Positions 42,953 to 51,932 of a stretch of 64,000 nucleotides of DNA are shown here, piece after piece (position 1 is the stretch's first letter; each line of letters starts with the position of its first letter). The position numbers and the translations under genes were made by a program. Source of the stretch: an uncultured delta proteobacterium (lineage in GTDB: Bacteria > Desulfobacterota > Binatia > Binatales > Binataceae). The notes below the pieces were generated by a model, which made no database searches, was not told the DNA's origin, and saw nothing but the letters and a program-made list of their open reading frames with translations. The stretch covers positions 246,222 to 310,221 of the forward strand of contig CAWAKE010000009.1 of NCBI GenBank assembly GCA_963782535.1, given 5' to 3'.

Positions 42953-43330
42953 ATGGCTGCCAATTGCGAAAAAGTTGTTAGCGATCTGTTCGCGGCGTGG
43001 ACCCGTCTGAACGTCGATGACGTCATGACATATTTCACCGAGGATGCCGTATGGGACAATGTCCCCATGGGCCCGGCCAAAGGGCAGGCCGCCATCCGTG
43101 AGATGACGCATGGTTTCATGAAGGATGCGAGCACGTTCAGCGCCAAGATCCTCAAGACCGCTCATGTCGACAACGTGGTCTTCAACGAGCGTGTGGACAC
43201 GATCGTTATGAAGAACGGCAAGAAGGCCGATATTCCGGTCGCTGGAATGTTCGAGCTGAATGACGCCGGCAAAATTAAAGTCTGGCGCGACTATTTCGAC
43301 CTCGGGACTTTCACCAAGCAGGTTTCCTAG
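42953..43330 (+). CDS. limonene-1,2-epoxide hydrolase family protein (LimA-like, NTF2 fold)
   Basis: 125 aa; ends ...KVWRDYFDLGTF. The WRDYFDL heptapeptide is identical to the Rhodococcus LimA active-site segment. NERVD (catalytic Arg/Asp) and DNVPM (Asn) are also present. Strong AAGGAGA RBS. Confidence 0.8.
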   Translation: MAANCEKVVSDLFAAWTRLNVDDVMTYFTEDAVWDNVPMGPAKGQAAIREMTHGFMKDASTFSAKILKTAHVDNVVFNERVDTIVMKNGKKADIPVAGMFELNDAGKIKVWRDYFDLGTFTKQVS

Positions 43331-43478
43331 GTGCGTAGTTACAGGCGGCGCGCCTGACCGCCATCTTGCTCAATCACTTGCCCTTGCCGCGCGCATTCCC
43401 ACGGTAGATGCGTACGCGTATCGATTGGTATTCCTCGTTCGGAAGTTGGCGCCGTGATACTCACGAGAAACCTGAGAG

Positions 43479-44707
43479 ATGAATCGAACTCAAGCAGAAA
43501 ACGAAAAGAGGCCGCCGGCTGATGAAGCGCGTCTGGCCGGCCGGCTTCTGATCGAGCGGGCAATAGGACTCGCTGCGGGATTGCGCGAAAGATCCGACGA
43601 AGGCACCCGCCTTCGCCGCCTGCCCGATGGAAGCTGGAATGCGTTGCTCGATTCGGGCGTGCTACGAGGGCTGCAACCGTCCCGCTGGGGCGGGGGGAAA
43701 CAAATCTCCGCGACTTTTTTACCGCGGTTTCGGAGGTCGCAAGAGCCGACGGTTCCGCCGGTTGGGTGGCCGGAATTGTCGGCGTGCATCCATGGCAACT
43801 CGCATTTTTCCCAATCGAAACCCAACAGGAAGTTTGGGGCGGCGATCCGACCGTGATGCACTCCTCGTCCTATGCCCCTACCGGGCGAGCGGAAAAGGTC
43901 AGCGGTGGATATCGGCTGAATGGGCGCTGGTCCTTTTCGACCGGTTGCGATCACTGCCAATGGGTCAATCTCGGCGCGGTCACCGGCCCAATCGAAATCG
44001 ACGGAACCCCGGTCCAGGATTTTCGCTCGTTTATGCTGCCGCGTCGCGATTATAAAATCGACGACAACTGGCGCGTCGCCGGACTCTGCGGCACCGGCAG
44101 CAAGGATATCGTGGTAGAAAATGCGTTCGTGCCTGCACACCGCAGCCAATCGCATTGGGACTACATGCTGGGACGCGAAATGCCGGGATGGGAGTTCAAT
44201 CCGGCGCCGCTCTATCGCTTGCCGTTCGCGGCAGTTTTCAATTACGCGCTGTCCGCCTCCGTCCTCGGCGCCACGCGCGGATTCCTCGATGCCTGGATTG
44301 AGAGCACCCGGCCCCGCAAACTGGGTCTCGGCGGAATAGCCAGTGAAGATCCCTTCATCCAGAAGCTCCTCTCCGAAGCCGATTACGCGATTGACGCGGG
44401 CATGCTCAAGCTCCGCCGCGACTGCGACGAGTTGATGGACGCGGGCCGCGCGAGCGTCAGCCTCTCCCTGCAACGCCGCGCGGCAATTCGCTACAACGCC
44501 TGCCGCTCGGCGCAATTGGCCGCTCGCGCAATCGACCGCCTGTTTGAGTCGAGTACCGGCAAAGCGATTTTCCTCGATCATCCGCTGCAGCGGCGCTACC
44601 AGGATATCAAGGCGATGCTCGGCCACGCTTACCTCACTGCCGACAGTCCTGCGCGCATGCACGGCGCCATCGCGCTTGGCCAACCGGTAGTCAATCCGAT
44701 GCTGTGA
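43479..44707 (+). pseudogene. ACAD-fold flavin-dependent monooxygenase (HsaA/DszC/HpaH-like), frameshifted
   Basis: N-terminal 70 aa (frame of 43479) read ..LPDGSWNALLDSGVLRGLQPSRWGGG. The continuation ETNLRDFFTAVSEVARADGSAGWVAGIVGVHPWQLAFF... to the C-terminus is in the +1 frame (track ORF 43766..44707). The break falls in the G6 run at about 43692-43697. One extra G would restore a single ~410-aa ORF. Confidence 0.6.
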
Positions 44708-45120
44708 GCGACCTCCGTTTGCGATCGCAAAGGCCGTGCGGCGTCTCCTCATAAGGTACGGCCAATAAGTGACGGCACACTCCGGACAGTGTCGATTTAC
44801 GCCCGTTCACCTTACCGAACCTGTGCTGCGGCCAAATCGGACCCCTTTGATTATCTCGCTGGCCGCCGTTTTTCGCAATCCGACGCTGGTCATTAGGGCG
44901 GCGCCTGCTCCTCGATGCGGCATCTGTCCGCCGATCCGCGCCTCCCTCTCCAAACCAGTCGCGGGTTCGCTGCGTCACCGGTAATCTTAGCGGAATTATG
45001 ATGACCGACTGGCTACGCTCGGAGCATCAGGGTAATCGTTGCACTGGCGGCCGTCGGGTTACTATTCGCAGTTAGGCCCAGGGCTGTGGCATCTCGCGCC
45101 CAGGCTGACGAGCTCGAAGA

Positions 45121-46743
45121 ATGAAGCGGGAAAGTGGAATGAATATCGGTGACGCGAACGCGGTGATTGCCGCTAACTTGAGTGGGCGCGGGCGTTTGAG
45201 TCGCGTAGCCGTGCCGCGTTGTCGGCGTTTACTCAGATCCATCGCGGTCACGGCAATACTTGTAATCGCATTAGTTGAACCCGTAAAAGTCCACGCGGCA
45301 ATCGACCTGTTAACTATCGCCGGTCAACCGGTAGTGCTGAGCGCAACCGAACAAAACCGCGAACAGGTCTGGAACTGGTTCCCTGCCACCGACCCGGCGC
45401 AGGGGCCGGATTACCAGAACCGCTATAACTTCATGGGTAGCTGGATTCGGGTCGGCCTCGGTTACCAACTCGACGGTATCAAAGCCTTCGCCGAACTGAT
45501 GAGCCCATTTCTTATAAACCTGCCGGACGATGCGATTGTCGCTCCGCCGCCGGGTAAGGTCGGACCGCAAGGGCTGCTAGGTCTCGGCGCCAACTACTAT
45601 CAACCGCATCAGAATCCGAACGACGCCAGCGTCTTTCTCAAGCAGGCCTACCTCGAATTCGGACGCAACCTGATGCCCGGCTTCAATTTCAAGGGCGGCC
45701 GCTTCGAATTATTCGACGGGCTCGAATACCTGCCTGCGGAACTCAACCCGCAGCTCAGGTGGCTGGCCACCAACCGCATCGCACAGCGGCTGATCGGTAA
45801 TTTCGGCTTCAGTGACATCATGCGATCGTTTGACGGTGCGGTCGCAACCTACGGTAACGATACGTGGCAGGCGACCGTTATGTACGGTGTCCCGACCAAG
45901 GGCGTGTTCGACCTCAACGCCATGGAAGAGGTGCGCAATATGGACGTGGCCTATGCGTCGCTCAACGCTGGGCCGAGCGCTTTTCAATCCGATCTGTGGG
46001 GCGATTCTATCGGCCGGTTCTTCTATATCTATTACAACGACAGTCGCGGGCTGGCGCTGGTGGATAATCGCAGCCTGAGCGCAACGGCGGCTACGGGACC
46101 CGTCTCGATTGACACGGTGGGCGCGGATTACGCTCGCACGCTGACCGTGGGTCCGGGCAGCGCAGACTTTCTATTGTGGGGCGCAGGACAGTTCGGGTCC
46201 TGGGGTGCGCTCAGCCAGCGCGCCTACGCGATGGTGGCTGAGACCGGATATCGGTTTACCCATGCGCCCTGGAAGCCATGGCTACGCCTTGGTTACACCA
46301 TCGGTTCAGGCGACGGTAACAACCATGACTCGACCCACGCCACCTTCTTTCAGATTCTTCCCACCGCCCGGATTTACGCGATGACACCGATTTACAATAT
46401 GATGAATATCAACGACGCTATGGCGCAGTTGATGCTCGACCCGCTCACGAATCTCCAGATCCAAAGTGCGCTCCATGGATTGTGGCTCGACGCCAAAAAG
46501 GATCGCTGGTACGCGGGCGGAGGCGCTTTCGACAACCGAATCTTTGGTTATGCTGCGCGGCCCAGCAATGGTTACGGCTATCTCGGCACCCTGGCGGATT
46601 GTCAGATGACGTGGAAGGCTAACTCGCACTTTGCGTTGCAGCTTTACTACGGTCACGTCTTTGGTGGCAGTGTAGTCGGCAGTATCTATCCCGCGGGCCG
46701 CGAGTCTGACTACGGCTTTATTCAGACAACGTGGTCCCTCTAG
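45121..46743 (+). CDS. putative outer-membrane beta-barrel protein (alginate-export/DUF1302-like)
   Basis: N-terminal signal-like hydrophobic segment (LLRSIAVTAILVIALVEPVKVHAA), Gly/Tyr/Asn-rich alternating amphipathic strands throughout, aromatic C-terminal residue (..TTWSL). Family assignment is by general resemblance only. Confidence 0.45.
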   Translation: MKRESGMNIGDANAVIAANLSGRGRLSRVAVPRCRRLLRSIAVTAILVIALVEPVKVHAAIDLLTIAGQPVVLSATEQNREQVWNWFPATDPAQGPDYQNRYNFMGSWIRVGLGYQLDGIKAFAELMSPFLINLPDDAIVAPPPGKVGPQGLLGLGANYYQPHQNPNDASVFLKQAYLEFGRNLMPGFNFKGGRFELFDGLEYLPAELNPQLRWLATNRIAQRLIGNFGFSDIMRSFDGAVATYGNDTWQATVMYGVPTKGVFDLNAMEEVRNMDVAYASLNAGPSAFQSDLWGDSIGRFFYIYYNDSRGLALVDNRSLSATAATGPVSIDTVGADYARTLTVGPGSADFLLWGAGQFGSWGALSQRAYAMVAETGYRFTHAPWKPWLRLGYTIGSGDGNNHDSTHATFFQILPTARIYAMTPIYNMMNINDAMAQLMLDPLTNLQIQSALHGLWLDAKKDRWYAGGGAFDNRIFGYAARPSNGYGYLGTLADCQMTWKANSHFALQLYYGHVFGGSVVGSIYPAGRESDYGFIQTTWSL

Positions 46744-46914
46744 CAAGGCGATGAACGCGGTTCCGAGTAGTATGAACGATCGCCTCACTCTGTATCATGG
46801 TTCGATGTGCGAATGGGCTGATGATGGCTGGACACCGGCTCAAGTGAAGTCCGAGTGCGAATTTGAGCATGAATAATCAGCGACCATGCAAGTCGTCTGC
46901 GAGATGGATTAATT

Positions 46915-47523
46915 ATGGCCAAACATAAGCATGGCGAACACGGCGGCGACGATCGGCATGGCGCACGGCAACCCGAGCGGTTCGATCCTGCCCGCGCGGC
47001 GCTGCTCGACGATCCTGCGCGCTTCGAATATTTGCCGCCGGACGAAGTATTCGCGCTGTCGGCAGCGCCGGCCGGTGGCCGCGTTGTGGATTTCGGCACC
47101 GGAACGGGAGCCTATGCAATCGAGCTTGCCAAGCGGCGGCCCGACCTTGAGGTGATTGCGCTCGACGAACAGGCGCAGATGCTCGATCTGCTGCGGGCGA
47201 AGCCAGCGGCGATAAAGCTCGCAAATCTCAGTCCGGTTCACACTGCCGAAATCGCGCGGCTGCGCGGCACCGCCGATCGGGTGCTCGCGCTCAACGTATT
47301 GCACGAGGTCGGCGATGAGGCCTTGCTTGCGCTGGCGGCTCTGCTCAAGCCCGATGGCGCGGCGCTCATCGCTGACTGGAACGCCGGCGTCGAGCGCGCG
47401 GTGGGTCCGCCGCCAGACCATGTATACACGGTCGCGGAAGCCTGTGAGCGGATCCAGCGCGCCGGCCCCCGCATCGAGAGCGAGCACATGTTGAAATATC
47501 ATTACGCACTGATCGCGCGTTAG
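46915..47523 (+). CDS. class I SAM-dependent methyltransferase (small, His-rich N-terminus)
   Basis: Motif I VVDFGTGTGAYAIELA, acidic post-I residue (ALDE), motif II/III region. N-terminus MAKHKHGEHGGDDRHG. No conserved Cys triad, so not a canonical ArsM. Confidence 0.7.
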   Translation: MAKHKHGEHGGDDRHGARQPERFDPARAALLDDPARFEYLPPDEVFALSAAPAGGRVVDFGTGTGAYAIELAKRRPDLEVIALDEQAQMLDLLRAKPAAIKLANLSPVHTAEIARLRGTADRVLALNVLHEVGDEALLALAALLKPDGAALIADWNAGVERAVGPPPDHVYTVAEACERIQRAGPRIESEHMLKYHYALIAR

Positions 47524-47681
47524 CAGTTTCAACGTTGGCCCGACCGCGGGGGACCCGGAGCGGCTCGAAGCGATGGCGATGAGCCATCGTGCGCGGAGAG
47601 GCCGGCGAAATGCCCTTCCCCGCGCAGAATCGTCGGGCTCGCCCGGGCCGGCCCGAAGCGGAAAATGCGACTGATTCCCGA

Positions 47682-48212
47682 TCAGCAGCATGCTCCCGGT
47701 TTGCGCGGTTGCGCGGTATCGTGTGAGGCCGCGGGCACGCAGCAGGGCGCGTCTGAGGCTTCGGCGGCGGAGCTTTTACGATTGTGAAGCGGGATGCAAC
47801 AAGGCTCACCGTCAGAGCGCCTCATGCTCGTATCGTTGCCAAAGATTGGCACTTCGCCGAGAGTCTGAAAGTTCTCCCAAGCAAGGCCCTGCGGGTCGAG
47901 CACCCAATATTTGTTTCCCTTGGCGTAGCAACATTCGACCTCGGTCTCTTTTAAAGCCGCGGCCCCGCTCGCCTGCTCGGCGCGCATACTCAGTTCCGCG
48001 AGTTCCGCCGAATCCTCGGCCTGAAATCCCAAGTGATTGAGGCCGGGTTGGTGACCGCGCGCTGAAATCGCAAAATTTATGCGCGGCTCCTCCAGCATCC
48101 ACTTGGCATAATCGGCTCGCACAACCGTCGGCTGGATGCCGAACAAATCGGTATAGAACTTGATACTTACTTCCAGATTTTCCACTGCAACGTGAACATG
48201 AAAGCGTTTCAT
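47682..48212 (-). CDS. ArsI/CadI-family VOC (glyoxalase-fold) metalloenzyme
   Basis: Glyoxalase-like betaalphabetabetabeta start (MKRFHVHVAVENLEVSIKFYTDLFG), vicinal cysteine pair ..ETEVECCYAKG.. at about residues 94-95, and a C-terminal tail with three more Cys pairs (EPCCIPLH, APCCVPAAS, GACC). Confidence 0.6.
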   Translation of the reverse strand: MKRFHVHVAVENLEVSIKFYTDLFGIQPTVVRADYAKWMLEEPRINFAISARGHQPGLNHLGFQAEDSAELAELSMRAEQASGAAALKETEVECCYAKGNKYWVLDPQGLAWENFQTLGEVPIFGNDTSMRRSDGEPCCIPLHNRKSSAAEASDAPCCVPAASHDTAQPRKPGACC

Positions 48213-48593
48213 AGAGGCCTCCTCATTCTTGTTTAAAGAAATCTTGCGACAGGCTCGCCGGATGCCGCCGATTGCTTAACTCGCTCGAGCTTCAAGCTTG
48301 ACTGACGCTACTTATAATTCTATAAATATAAAACTATAGAGATGTCAAGCGGGCGACCTGCAGCCGTCGCCGAAATCCGCGGCCGACGCTCAACCTGGGA
48401 CCTCTCAATACCGAAGTGTAGGGAATCCAGGCGTGGACAGTTCGTTTAGTGGTCCCACTTTGCGAGGTAAGCGAGTTTTCGTGAATCAGAGGTTAACGCA
48501 GCGTTACGTCTTGGTTTGTTTTCGGTTGAATCACGCGAACGCAAGCCTTCGAAGATTGATTTCATCAAGGCATAACTCTAGACAGGTAGAACT

Positions 48594-48974
48594 ATGAGGA
48601 AATCGAATGTCATCTCGGGGTTGAGTGCCTTAGCTCAGGAAACCCGTCTCGATATCTTCCGGCTGCTGGTGACGAGAGGGCCCGAGGGACTGCCGGCGGG
48701 TGAAATCGGCATGCGTCTTGGACAGCCCTCGCCCACGCTTTCGTTTCATTTGAATCAGCTCAGGTTCGCTGGGCTCGTGACTTCACGCCGTGAGAGCCGC
48801 TCAATTCTTTACAGCGCAAACTTCAAGGCGATGAACGATTTACTCGCTTATCTGACGGAAAACTGCTGTGGTGGACGCTCGGACTTGTGCGCTCTCGATG
48901 CGTCCGCAACTCGCGAATCAATTCCGGCCTCGATAAAAGCCACGCGTGGCAATAGGACCGACGGTAAAAAATAG
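48594..48974 (+). CDS. arsR: ArsR/SmtB-family metalloregulator
   Basis: LAQETRLDIFRLLV...EIGMRLGQPSPTLSFHLNQLRFAGLV winged-HTH core plus C-terminal Cys cluster ENCCGGRSDLC (type-2 As(III)-binding site arrangement). Divergent from the VOC gene, upstream of acr3. Confidence 0.8.
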   Translation: MRKSNVISGLSALAQETRLDIFRLLVTRGPEGLPAGEIGMRLGQPSPTLSFHLNQLRFAGLVTSRRESRSILYSANFKAMNDLLAYLTENCCGGRSDLCALDASATRESIPASIKATRGNRTDGKK

Positions 48975-49230
48975 GAGAGGGCTCAATGGCCCGTCGCGAA
49001 TTAAACTACCGGTATCGACGATGCAAAGCGCAAATTCTTTTCCCGCATCTATTCGGAACTGGAGAATCGCATAAAAATCATTGCCAGCTTGCCGATCGAT
49101 GCCCTCGACCGCCAGAAGCTGGAGAATCATGCACGCGAGATTGGCAAGGTGAAGCTTCCGAGTAAGGAAGAACGTTGAACACGCCCGTTCGCGATTTGAT
49201 AATGTCCCAACCCGCACCCAGGAGAATACC

Positions 49231-50370
49231 ATGAGCGCGATTCCGGCGAAGCCGGATACTCACATCATGAGGCGGTTGTCGTTTCTCGACCGCTACCTGA
49301 CGCTTTGGATATTTTTTGCGATGGCGCTGGGAGTCGCGATGGGAAATATCCGGCCCGGCGTGAAAGGAGCATTCGATCGACTGACTATCGGAACGACATC
49401 CGTACCGATTGCGATCGGGCTGATCTTGATGATGTATCCGCCGCTGGCAAAAGTAAATTACGACGAACTCGGCGACGTGTTTCGGAACTGGAAGATTCTG
49501 GGCCTATCGCTGGTGCAGAACTGGATCATCGGTCCCGTCCTGATGTTCGCGCTCGCAGTGATCTTTCTGCGCGACCGCCCCGAGTACATGATCGGTCTCA
49601 TCATGATCGGTATCGCGCGCTGTATCGCGATGGTGATCGTGTGGAACGACCTGGCCGATGGCGACGCCGAATATTGCGCCGGATTGGTGGCCTTCAACTC
49701 AATTTTTCAAGTGCTCTTCTATTCGGTCTATGCCTTTGTCCTGATTACTGTTGTCCCGCGGTGGTTCGGGCTTGCCGGTTCGGTCGTGCACATCACGATC
49801 GGTCAAATTGCCGAAAGCGTGGCGATCTACCTCGGGATGCCTTTTGTAGCGGGATTCGCTACATGGAAGGTGCTTACCCATCGCAAGGGTAAGCTCTGGT
49901 ATCGAGAACATTTTATTCCGAAGGTGAGTCCGCTCACCTTGATTTTTCTTCTATTCACTATTGCTGTGATGTTTTCGATCAAGGGTGCTGCGATCCTTCA
50001 ACTGCCGCTCGACGTTGTACGAATCGCGGTACCGTTGCTGCTCTATTTCGCGATCATGTTCGGCGTCTCTTTCATACTGAGCATGAAGGCGGGCGCGACT
50101 TATCCGCAGACGGCTACGCTCTCATTCACTGCCGCATCCAATAATTTTGAACTCGCGATCGCGGTCGCGGTGGCGACCTTCGGCATCGACAGTGGGGCCG
50201 CCTTCGCCGCTGTCATAGGGCCATTGATCGAAGTTCCGGTAATGATCGGATTAGTTGACGTAGCGCTGTGGGCGCGGCGCAGATATTTCGCCGATTCGAC
50301 GGCCACGATCTCCGCGGCGGAATGTTGCAACACGGCGGTCGAAAGCGCCCGCCGCAACCGGCGGATATGA
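49231..50370 (+). CDS. acr3: ACR3-family arsenite efflux permease
   Basis: [21 protein letters not shown] hallmark, conserved TM4 cysteine in [17 protein letters not shown], 10 TM helices, 379 aa. Confidence 0.9.
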   Translation: MSAIPAKPDTHIMRRLSFLDRYLTLWIFFAMALGVAMGNIRPGVKGAFDRLTIGTTSVPIAIGLILMMYPPLAKVNYDELGDVFRNWKILGLSLVQNWIIGPVLMFALAVIFLRDRPEYMIGLIMIGIARCIAMVIVWNDLADGDAEYCAGLVAFNSIFQVLFYSVYAFVLITVVPRWFGLAGSVVHITIGQIAESVAIYLGMPFVAGFATWKVLTHRKGKLWYREHFIPKVSPLTLIFLLFTIAVMFSIKGAAILQLPLDVVRIAVPLLLYFAIMFGVSFILSMKAGATYPQTATLSFTAASNNFELAIAVAVATFGIDSGAAFAAVIGPLIEVPVMIGLVDVALWARRRYFADSTATISAAECCNTAVESARRNRRI

Positions 50371-50434
50371 GTATTCAGGTTGGTTCGCAGCCCTTATGCT
50401 GGACAACCGCGGCGTGTCGCATTACTGCTAGCTC

Positions 50435-50728
50435 ATGGCCATCGACAAGCACGAGTACATAGCCGCTTATGAATCGCACCACGTAGGTTATCTCGAGAGC
50501 TTCGGCGATTACGAAATGGCCGCGCAGTTCCTTCATGGCTGGACCACTGACGTGCATACGTGGCCGATCTGCATCTACGACAGTGCCGACAACCACTTAT
50601 GGCTATGGTGTGGATATAGGACGCTTGATATCAGCCGCGAATCGGCACTCGAAGACGCCCGCGCAATTCTCCGGCTCGGAGCAGATCATCAATTCAGCAA
50701 GATCGAAACAATGGCCGAGAATTTGTGA
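50435..50728 (+). CDS. hypothetical protein (orphan, lower GC)
   Basis: 97-aa ORF MAIDKHEYIAAYESHHVGYLESFGDYEMAAQFLHGWTTDVHTWPICIYDS... No recognisable domain. Lies between acr3 and the IS5 left end. Confidence 0.3.
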   Translation: MAIDKHEYIAAYESHHVGYLESFGDYEMAAQFLHGWTTDVHTWPICIYDSADNHLWLWCGYRTLDISRESALEDARAILRLGADHQFSKIETMAENL

Positions 50729-50759
50729 GCGATGACGATCAAGGGATAGCCGGCGTTAG

Positions 50760-51932
50760 GGAGCCTCTGCACAGGTCGTCATACAGCGGCAGTTCGACAT
50801 AGTAATGAGGATTATGAGGAGGAACGGCAGCAGCGCGCTGGGGTGATCGCTGCTGAGAAGCCATCAGGAGCATTGGTTGCCTCTGGTTCTTGTTCACAAC
50901 CCACACCAGGCCCCGGCTGGGAGCAACCGATGCCGGAGTTGGTAGAGATTGGCCAGCGCGAACATGGTTTCGGCCCGAGCCAGATTCTTGGCCAGCCCGC
51001 GATATCTAACCTTGCTGAAGCCCCACAACTGCTTGAGTACGCGGAAGGCATGCTCGCCGCAAGCGCGGGTGCGCGAACGCACCCGGTTGATCATCCGCCA
51101 GCGCTTGCTCAACGGCCGCTGCGCGGTAGGACGGCGATTGATCCGATAATGTATTCCCCGCGATTCAAGGAAGCTGCGGTCATCTTCCTTCCAATACGCC
51201 TGGTCGCCGAACACCTCGCGCTCGTACCCGTGCAAAAGCTCCGGCAGTTGGGTGACATCGGCGACCGCGGCGTCGGTCGCGGTTACGCTGTGCACGATGC
51301 CACGCTGGTCAGCCCCGATGTGCAGTTTCATCCCGAAGTGCCAGTTCTGGCCCTTACGAGTCTGCTTCATCTCGGGGTCGCGCGTCCCACTGGCGTTCTT
51401 GGTGGAACTCGGCGCCGCGATGATGGTCGCGTCCACAATCGTCCCCGAGCGCAGCAACAGGCCGCGGGTCTCGAGCAGACCGCCGATCGCGGCGAAGATT
51501 GCCTTGGTCAAATTGTGCTTCTCGAGCAGATGACGAAAACGCAGAATCGTGGTCTCATCCGGCACCGTGTCCTCGCCCAGCTCCACCTTGGCAAACCGAC
51601 GCATCGACTCACTGTCGTAGATCGCGTCCTCGGCCTGCGGGTCGGAGAGATTGAACCATTGTTGCAGGAAGTAGATGCGCAGCATCTTCTCCAGCCCCAG
51701 TGGCTGGCGCCCGTTGCCGGCTTTGGGGTAATGAGGCTCGATCAGGCGCAAAAGCCGCGCCCACGGAATCACCGCATCCATCTCGCCCAGGAATCGCTCG
51801 CGCCGGGTAACTTTGCCTTTCCCATTCCATGCCATCGATGCGAACGTCCGCTGATTCCCCATCACCGCACCTCCACTCCTGCCGCTCCCACTTATGATTT
51901 ATACCAAACCGAAACACTTGTGCAGAGGTTCC
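50760..51932 (-). mobile_element. IS5-family insertion sequence (IS5 group), intact, with 4-bp TTAG target-site duplication
   Basis: Imperfect terminal inverted repeats GGAGCCTCTGCACAGGTCGT (left, from ~50760) and GGAACCTCTGCACAAGTGTT (right, reverse complement, ending ~51932), 16 of 20 identical. Flanked by TTAG at 50756-50759 and 51933-51936. Encloses one transposase ORF. Confidence 0.8.
50894..51865 (-). CDS. IS5-family DDE transposase
   Basis: 323 aa with the IS5 signature KQTRKGQNWHFGMKLHIGADQRGIVHSVTATDAAVADVTQ...GDQAYW (DDE triad region). Confidence 0.9.
   Translation of the reverse strand: MMGNQRTFASMAWNGKGKVTRRERFLGEMDAVIPWARLLRLIEPHYPKAGNGRQPLGLEKMLRIYFLQQWFNLSDPQAEDAIYDSESMRRFAKVELGEDTVPDETTILRFRHLLEKHNLTKAIFAAIGGLLETRGLLLRSGTIVDATIIAAPSSTKNASGTRDPEMKQTRKGQNWHFGMKLHIGADQRGIVHSVTATDAAVADVTQLPELLHGYEREVFGDQAYWKEDDRSFLESRGIHYRINRRPTAQRPLSKRWRMINRVRSRTRACGEHAFRVLKQLWGFSKVRYRGLAKNLARAETMFALANLYQLRHRLLPAGAWCGL

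Noticed and set aside
43490-44752. 420-aa ORF on the minus strand
   Set aside because: It is entirely antisense to the ACAD-like monooxygenase gene. It has Arg/Ala/Gly-rich low-complexity composition typical of shadow ORFs in high-GC DNA, and no domain.
46915-47523. ArsM (arsenite methyltransferase) assignment for the methyltransferase
   Set aside because: It lacks the conserved cysteine triad of ArsM and is ~100 aa shorter than ArsM. Kept as a generic SAM methyltransferase.
48975-49230. ArsD metallochaperone in the arsR-acr3 spacer
   Set aside because: No CC or vicinal Cys motifs and no resemblance to the ArsD N-terminus in any frame.
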